IMG/VR virus record: IMGVR_UViG_3300036786_000032
Location: 1-47,249 of that record
Direction: 5' to 3' (one strand)
DNA: 47,249 nt
Source: a virus
Lineage: Duplodnaviria > Caudoviricetes
Within the stretch, counting starts at the first letter, position 1, and the number at the start of each line of letters is the position of its first letter. Shown in pieces: positions 42,834 through 47,249 of the stretch. The position numbers were made by a program, and so were the translations under genes. The notes beneath the pieces were generated by a model. It saw nothing but the letters and a program-made list of their open reading frames with translations, was not told the origin of the DNA and searched no databases.

Positions 42834-45800
42834 TCAACCTGCTGCCTGCTCTAAGACCACGTGATGGTACCGTAGCGACTTCCCAGTCATGATCGAGGGC
42901 GGCCTTTCGATGAACTTACGCGAGATGACCCGAAACCTGGCTCCCTTAGGCATCACGACCTCACTCTCCCCAGGGATCCTGTTGAAAGGCTTGACGTCGT
43001 ATGCTCCACCGAGCGAGACACCACGACCATTCTGCACCTCGTAGAGCACGTTCCTGTCCCCGTCCGGGTCCAGGAAGTTTGCTGCGCTGTGCTCGAACGG
43101 GGAAAAGGACCCCACCACATCGTGGCTGACCTCACTTCCCGGCTTAAGCCTCTCGAGAGCATGGTCCGGCACGTCGTGCAAACCTCGGTAGAGCGTCGAC
43201 TGCAACCAGGGTGCGTTGGGGTGTGACAGCGCAGAATACAGCGCGTCGCGCGCGTCAGCCGCCTTGAGGTGCGTGGGGCGCCCGAGCTCCGCGTCGCGGA
43301 TGTGTCCGTGACCGACCCCGGCAAATAGGCCCTTGACCGGCGGCACGACCCGCATCCACGAATAGAGGCCGGCCCGCTCGCGCGGGGACAGCGCCTGCAC
43401 CCACTCTCGCCCCTGGTCTATGGCGTGAGACAGCTTCATGTGAGGCGACTCGAGTGACCTCATGACCGATTCATTCCCCTCCAGCACGGGCTCCGCGTGC
43501 ACGTGAACGCGCAGCGGGTCGTCCGGGTCACGCTCAGTACGCACCACGCGCATCCAGCTCCCCTTGGGCAGGACCGTCTCGAGCTCGGTCGGGTTGACCG
43601 TGGAGATGTCTCGCATCTCAGGGTGACGCGATAAGTGGATCACGGCCTGTGTCTCTCCCGGCTCGACCGCGGGGCCGAACGACGACGCGACCCCGATCTC
43701 CTTGCTGTACGAGTCGTGGTTCCGAAGCTCGAGCGTCGTGCCCGGGGTCGTGTGACGGGCGACGTCCTCGGGAGTCCTGAGGAGCAGCCCCCGGTACGCC
43801 AAGCCCTCGTGCCTGGGGGCGCGGTCGACGGCCTCCTCGAACTGCCGGGTGATCTCACGAGCGTGCGGGTACGCGCGATCATCCCATTCGTGTGGACTCC
43901 CACGCTGGACGCGCTTGATCACGTGATAGAAGCTCGTCGCCCACTCGCCGACTGACCTGCGGTGCTCGTCATGCGCGTCTAGCCACCGTTGCCACTCAGC
44001 CGTGGGGTCGTCGGTCGCTCCGAGCGCTAGAAGACGCGGCGGCATGACGGCATCCTCACGATCTGGCTCGTACGGTTCCAGGCCGATCCGCCAGATGCCG
44101 TCCCGCCCACGCTCAGCCGACACCACCCGGACCGTGTGCCCCGTGGGCAGGACCGCCTCACGCTCCTCGTCGTTCATCGAGGAGAGGTCCCGCATGCCTG
44201 GGTGCCCACCGCGCAGCGACAGGACCATCCGGTCCTGTCCCAGGCGTTCAGGGCGCGAGAACACGGCTGCGACCCGCTCGCTGTGCGACCAGGAGGTAGG
44301 CGACTGCGTGGCTAGCACCGCGCCTGGGGTAGTCAGGGCCGCGTGTACCGGGAGCGACGGATGAAGCGCGATGCCGCGGTGGGTGCCTCCCTCGTGCGGC
44401 GGCGCGACCCCCAGGGCCGCCTCAAACCGGCGTGCCTGTCGGGCATACGGGTGATCGTCCCGACCCGTGCGGATCGCCTCCTTGATCGGGGCGTATCCCT
44501 TGTCCGTCCAGTCAGACACAGCGCCGAGGTGTGCCGGGTGGGCTGCCAGCCAGTCGTGCCACTGGCGAGCCTCAAGGGATAGCCTGGGCCGGCGGGCCAG
44601 CATGGAGAACAGGCCGAGCCTCACCGGCTCCGGCTCCGGGTCCGCCTCGTCGGCCGGCGCCACGTGCACCTCGGTCACGTGCAGCGGGTTCGACGGGTCG
44701 AGCTCCCCACGCGGATGCAGCACCCGCAGGCGGGCGCCCCGCTTCAGGATCGTCTCGCGTTCGCCCAGGTTCCAGGACGAGACGTCGCGCATGTCAGGGT
44801 GGGAGGAGTGCATGTGCAGCACGACGCGGGCACGCGGGCCTGCGGCCCCAGGGGTTGAAAAGAAGTACGCGACGTCGGGGTCCTTCGTCCAGCTCGAGTG
44901 AGAGTCTGCCTCGACGACGGAGCCCGGCGTGAGCAGCGCGGCGAGCAGCGGATGCGTCGGGGACACGGGGAGGTCCATGCCACGGTGCGTCGCCTGCCCC
45001 TCTGCGACCGGCGGGGCAGCCTCGACTGCACGCAGAAAGGGTTCCAGGCATGGGTGCCGCCGCCCCTCGCGCTGTGCCGCCCGCATCCCGGTATACTCGG
45101 TACCTTTCCACACGGTCATCGCGGCGCGCATGGCCGGGTCGTTGACAACTGAGTCATGCCAGTCGGCGTGAGGGCCAGCCGAAGTGGTGCCCAGCCCCAG
45201 CGTCACCGGCTCGAACGAGCGCCCCTCCACCTTCCCCTCACCTGAGAGCAGCGTCACGTGAAGCATGCCGCCAGGGTCAAGCTGCGCGCGGTGCACCACC
45301 ACCTCATGGTCCTTCGGCAGCACGAGCTCCCGCTCCGCGGCATTGACCCCGCGCAAGTCCCGCATCCCGTGGTGGCCAGACCGCAGGTAGAGCAGTACGC
45401 CGTGCTCCTCGTCGGGCGAGTCTGGGAGCCCAAACCCGTGCCCGATGGCGCGATCGTCCGACCAGCTCGTGTGCGAGCTCGTGCGGAGCCTGGCCCCGGG
45501 CTTACGCAGGGCGTCCCATAGCGGGTGTTCGGGGCTCACCACCATGCCTCGCCAGGCGGGCGCGTGCCCTGACTTGGGCGCGGCGGCGACAGCCTCCTCA
45601 AGCAGGGCCGCGCGGCCCGACTGCGGGTGGTAGTCCGGCAGCCTGAGCCGCTGGGCCTCCTTGATGCCGCTCGAGTCGTCGACCCAGTGCTTGACAGCAA
45701 GCTGGTGGCGTCCGGAGAGCCGCTCCCACCACGCCTGGTGCGGCGCGACGGCGGGAGCAACGAGCACAGTCGGTGATAGTATGGCGGGCGGATAAGACAT

Positions 45801-47249
45801 GGCCCGCCTCGTCGCCGCCGGCGGCCGATACCCGATGTTCGGGCTTATCGGTGGGGCTTGCCCGCCGTACGGCCTTCCCGCGGTCGCCGCAGCAGCGCTG
45901 AGGCTGTCTCCCGCCAGCCCGGCAACCCTGATGGCGGTCGCCACGTCGGGCGCACCGTCCAGGGCGACCATCAGGGCCGACAGCCCGGCGTCCGACCAGC
46001 CGGAATGCGCGAGTGCCTGGGCGATCGCGTCAGGCGTGCCCTCGTTCCCCTGGGCGCCCTCGCCCCGGTGCAGCTCCCACGGGAGGGAGGGCACGAAGGA
46101 GAGTCGAACGGAGTTTACACCCTCTGGCAGATCATCGTAGTGCGGCTCCAGATAAGCGTGGAGGGTACCGTCCTTGCTGATCTCATGTCGCACTGTCCTA
46201 AGGTTGGAACCTTTGGGCAAGACGACTTCAGACTCGGACGTCTTAACCAAGTTTGAGCCCCCCAAGGCTCGCATCGCTCGATGCGGCTCACTCACGTGGA
46301 GTATGACAGAGTGTTCCTTAGACGGTCCGTACTCCGGGACGGAAAACCAATAAGCGACCCTGGGCTCTGTGGTCCACGACGTGTGCGATGCCCCAGTCAA
46401 GACTGCCCCAGGCTTGTGGAGTTCTTTCCAAAGGGCGTCTCGTGAGTTAAGGGTCAAACCGTGCAGTACCTCCCCAGACTGGTGCCGCGGCGCGATCGAG
46501 AGAGCCTGATTCAAGTCGTCCAACGTCTTAAGGTGCGTCGCTGCGTCGGGCTTAGAGAGTGCTTTCTTGTCCCCCTCCTGCACTCGCTTAAGTGGCTTCC
46601 ACTTGTTGAGCCACACTTTCAGCGCAGCCCTGAGGTCTGCGCTCTGCGGGTGTTCAGCGAGACGATGATCCCATTCCGTATGACTGGGGGATGGATCGTC
46701 TGCCAATGACTTAATGATTGGCACGTTTAGCCACTTCGTTGTGGCAGTCGCTTGCGCCAGCCGGCTCTCAGCCGCGACCGCGACCCGGGCCGCCCTCAGA
46801 CCCGCCATCGGGTCAGGCGACGAGGAGTACAGCAGGTACTGCGCGCTCCCGACGGGGGCGCCCTGCAGCTCGGACAGGTCGGGCCTGAGGGTGGCCGACA
46901 CGGCGCCGCGGAGCATCCGGGCCTGGTCGGGCTTCAGCCCCTTTACCCTGCTCGTCGCCGCGAGCAGCTTGTCTGCCCCGTCAGTATGCGTCCGCGCCGC
47001 CACCCAGGCGCCGCGGGCGATCGGCCGCACCCCGGGCGGCAGCCTGAGGTATGAGTCATGCAGCCGGTCGGACGCCCACTCGTGCGCGAGCCTCTCGCCT
47101 CCCTCGAGCTGCCCCCACGGGGTGCGGCCGAGCTGCTTCAGGCTGGCTGACGCCTGCCGGGGCATGTCGAGCAGGCCGCCCACCATGCCGTGGGCGAGCC
47201 CGCCCAGCTCTGGGGCCGGCTGAAGACCGGGCTGTGGCGGGGGAGTAGC
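42834..47249 (-). CDS. Polyprotein of six tandem ADP-ribosyltransferase domains (5' end probably outside window)
   Basis: Six sets of [R/H]G..S(W/Y/F)(S/T)..ExE motifs: ESEVVLPKG, ERELVLPKD, ERETILKRG, EREAVLPTG, ELETVLPKG, ESEVVMPKG. The frame stays open upstream of ATG 47186 to the window edge. Confidence 0.88.
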   Translation of the reverse strand, partial: ATPPPQPGLQPAPELGGLAHGMVGGLLDMPRQASASLKQLGRTPWGQLEGGERLAHEWASDRLHDSYLRLPPGVRPIARGAWVAARTHTDGADKLLAATSRVKGLKPDQARMLRGAVSATLRPDLSELQGAPVGSAQYLLYSSSPDPMAGLRAARVAVAAESRLAQATATTKWLNVPIIKSLADDPSPSHTEWDHRLAEHPQSADLRAALKVWLNKWKPLKRVQEGDKKALSKPDAATHLKTLDDLNQALSIAPRHQSGEVLHGLTLNSRDALWKELHKPGAVLTGASHTSWTTEPRVAYWFSVPEYGPSKEHSVILHVSEPHRAMRALGGSNLVKTSESEVVLPKGSNLRTVRHEISKDGTLHAYLEPHYDDLPEGVNSVRLSFVPSLPWELHRGEGAQGNEGTPDAIAQALAHSGWSDAGLSALMVALDGAPDVATAIRVAGLAGDSLSAAAATAGRPYGGQAPPISPNIGYRPPAATRRAMSYPPAILSPTVLVAPAVAPHQAWWERLSGRHQLAVKHWVDDSSGIKEAQRLRLPDYHPQSGRAALLEEAVAAAPKSGHAPAWRGMVVSPEHPLWDALRKPGARLRTSSHTSWSDDRAIGHGFGLPDSPDEEHGVLLYLRSGHHGMRDLRGVNAAERELVLPKDHEVVVHRAQLDPGGMLHVTLLSGEGKVEGRSFEPVTLGLGTTSAGPHADWHDSVVNDPAMRAAMTVWKGTEYTGMRAAQREGRRHPCLEPFLRAVEAAPPVAEGQATHRGMDLPVSPTHPLLAALLTPGSVVEADSHSSWTKDPDVAYFFSTPGAAGPRARVVLHMHSSHPDMRDVSSWNLGERETILKRGARLRVLHPRGELDPSNPLHVTEVHVAPADEADPEPEPVRLGLFSMLARRPRLSLEARQWHDWLAAHPAHLGAVSDWTDKGYAPIKEAIRTGRDDHPYARQARRFEAALGVAPPHEGGTHRGIALHPSLPVHAALTTPGAVLATQSPTSWSHSERVAAVFSRPERLGQDRMVLSLRGGHPGMRDLSSMNDEEREAVLPTGHTVRVVSAERGRDGIWRIGLEPYEPDREDAVMPPRLLALGATDDPTAEWQRWLDAHDEHRRSVGEWATSFYHVIKRVQRGSPHEWDDRAYPHAREITRQFEEAVDRAPRHEGLAYRGLLLRTPEDVARHTTPGTTLELRNHDSYSKEIGVASSFGPAVEPGETQAVIHLSRHPEMRDISTVNPTELETVLPKGSWMRVVRTERDPDDPLRVHVHAEPVLEGNESVMRSLESPHMKLSHAIDQGREWVQALSPRERAGLYSWMRVVPPVKGLFAGVGHGHIRDAELGRPTHLKAADARDALYSALSHPNAPWLQSTLYRGLHDVPDHALERLKPGSEVSHDVVGSFSPFEHSAANFLDPDGDRNVLYEVQNGRGVSLGGAYDVKPFNRIPGESEVVMPKGARFRVISRKFIERPPSIMTGKSLRYHHVVLEQAAG

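Larger units (their letters stand above)
1..47249 (-). mobile_element. Tailed phage/prophage morphogenesis region with large accessory effector block
   Basis: Terminase, portal, HK97-type protease, major capsid, head-tail connector, tail tube, chaperones and tape measure occur in canonical order, all on the minus strand. No host housekeeping genes, integrase or att site were seen, so free phage versus prophage cannot be decided. Confidence 0.95.

Noticed and set aside
7834-45760. Alternative-frame minus-strand ORFs nested in larger genes (e.g. 7834..8352, 10289..10921, 19078..19734)
   Set aside because: Fully overlap better-supported genes and have off-frame composition.
95-47248. Numerous plus-strand ORFs (e.g. 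10177..11832, 14875..16101, 18731..19810)
   Set aside because: Antisense shadows of minus-strand genes in high-GC DNA; Arg/Pro/Ser-rich with no recognisable motifs.
37481-47249. Diversity-generating retroelement or intein explanation for the repeated domains
   Set aside because: No reverse transcriptase, no near-identical template/variable repeat pair and no intein splice motifs were seen; the repeats are old protein-level duplications.
1-47249. tRNA/rRNA genes, stop-codon reassignment and host assignment
   Set aside because: Intergenic gaps are short with no cloverleaf seen; genes are intact under the standard code; the sequence alone does not support naming a host.

Overview
This window is a high-GC segment of a tailed (siphovirus-type, HK97-fold) phage or prophage. 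Essentially all real genes lie on the minus strand, tightly packed with ATGA/GTGA/TGATG overlaps. In transcription order (right to left) it holds: a ~18 kb block of accessory effector genes, the terminase large subunit, more effectors plus small membrane proteins, a portal-MuF fusion, a very long prohead protease, the major capsid protein, a decoration-like protein, a ~7.5 kb block of beta-helix/fibre-like genes, then head-tail connector, tail terminator, tail tube, tail chaperones, tape measure and a distal tail protein running off the left edge. The striking part is the effector arsenal. It has nine R-S-E type ADP-ribosyltransferase (ART) domains (six in tandem in one protein), five DUF3626-like domains (four in tandem), a HipA/PI-kinase-like domain, a Nudix hydrolase and at least six copies of an unrecognised 'VH..GYxH..NYYE..AY' domain, one or two of them inside the prohead protease. 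Unrelated effectors share two kinds of short N-terminal leader, and [K/R]-[S/A]-L-like motifs sit between the tandem domains. My inference is a capsid-targeted, protease-processed, injected polyprotein system. Two effector genes are flanked by junction duplications, which suggests cassette-wise gain and loss. All family calls come from motif recognition by eye; no database searches were run.
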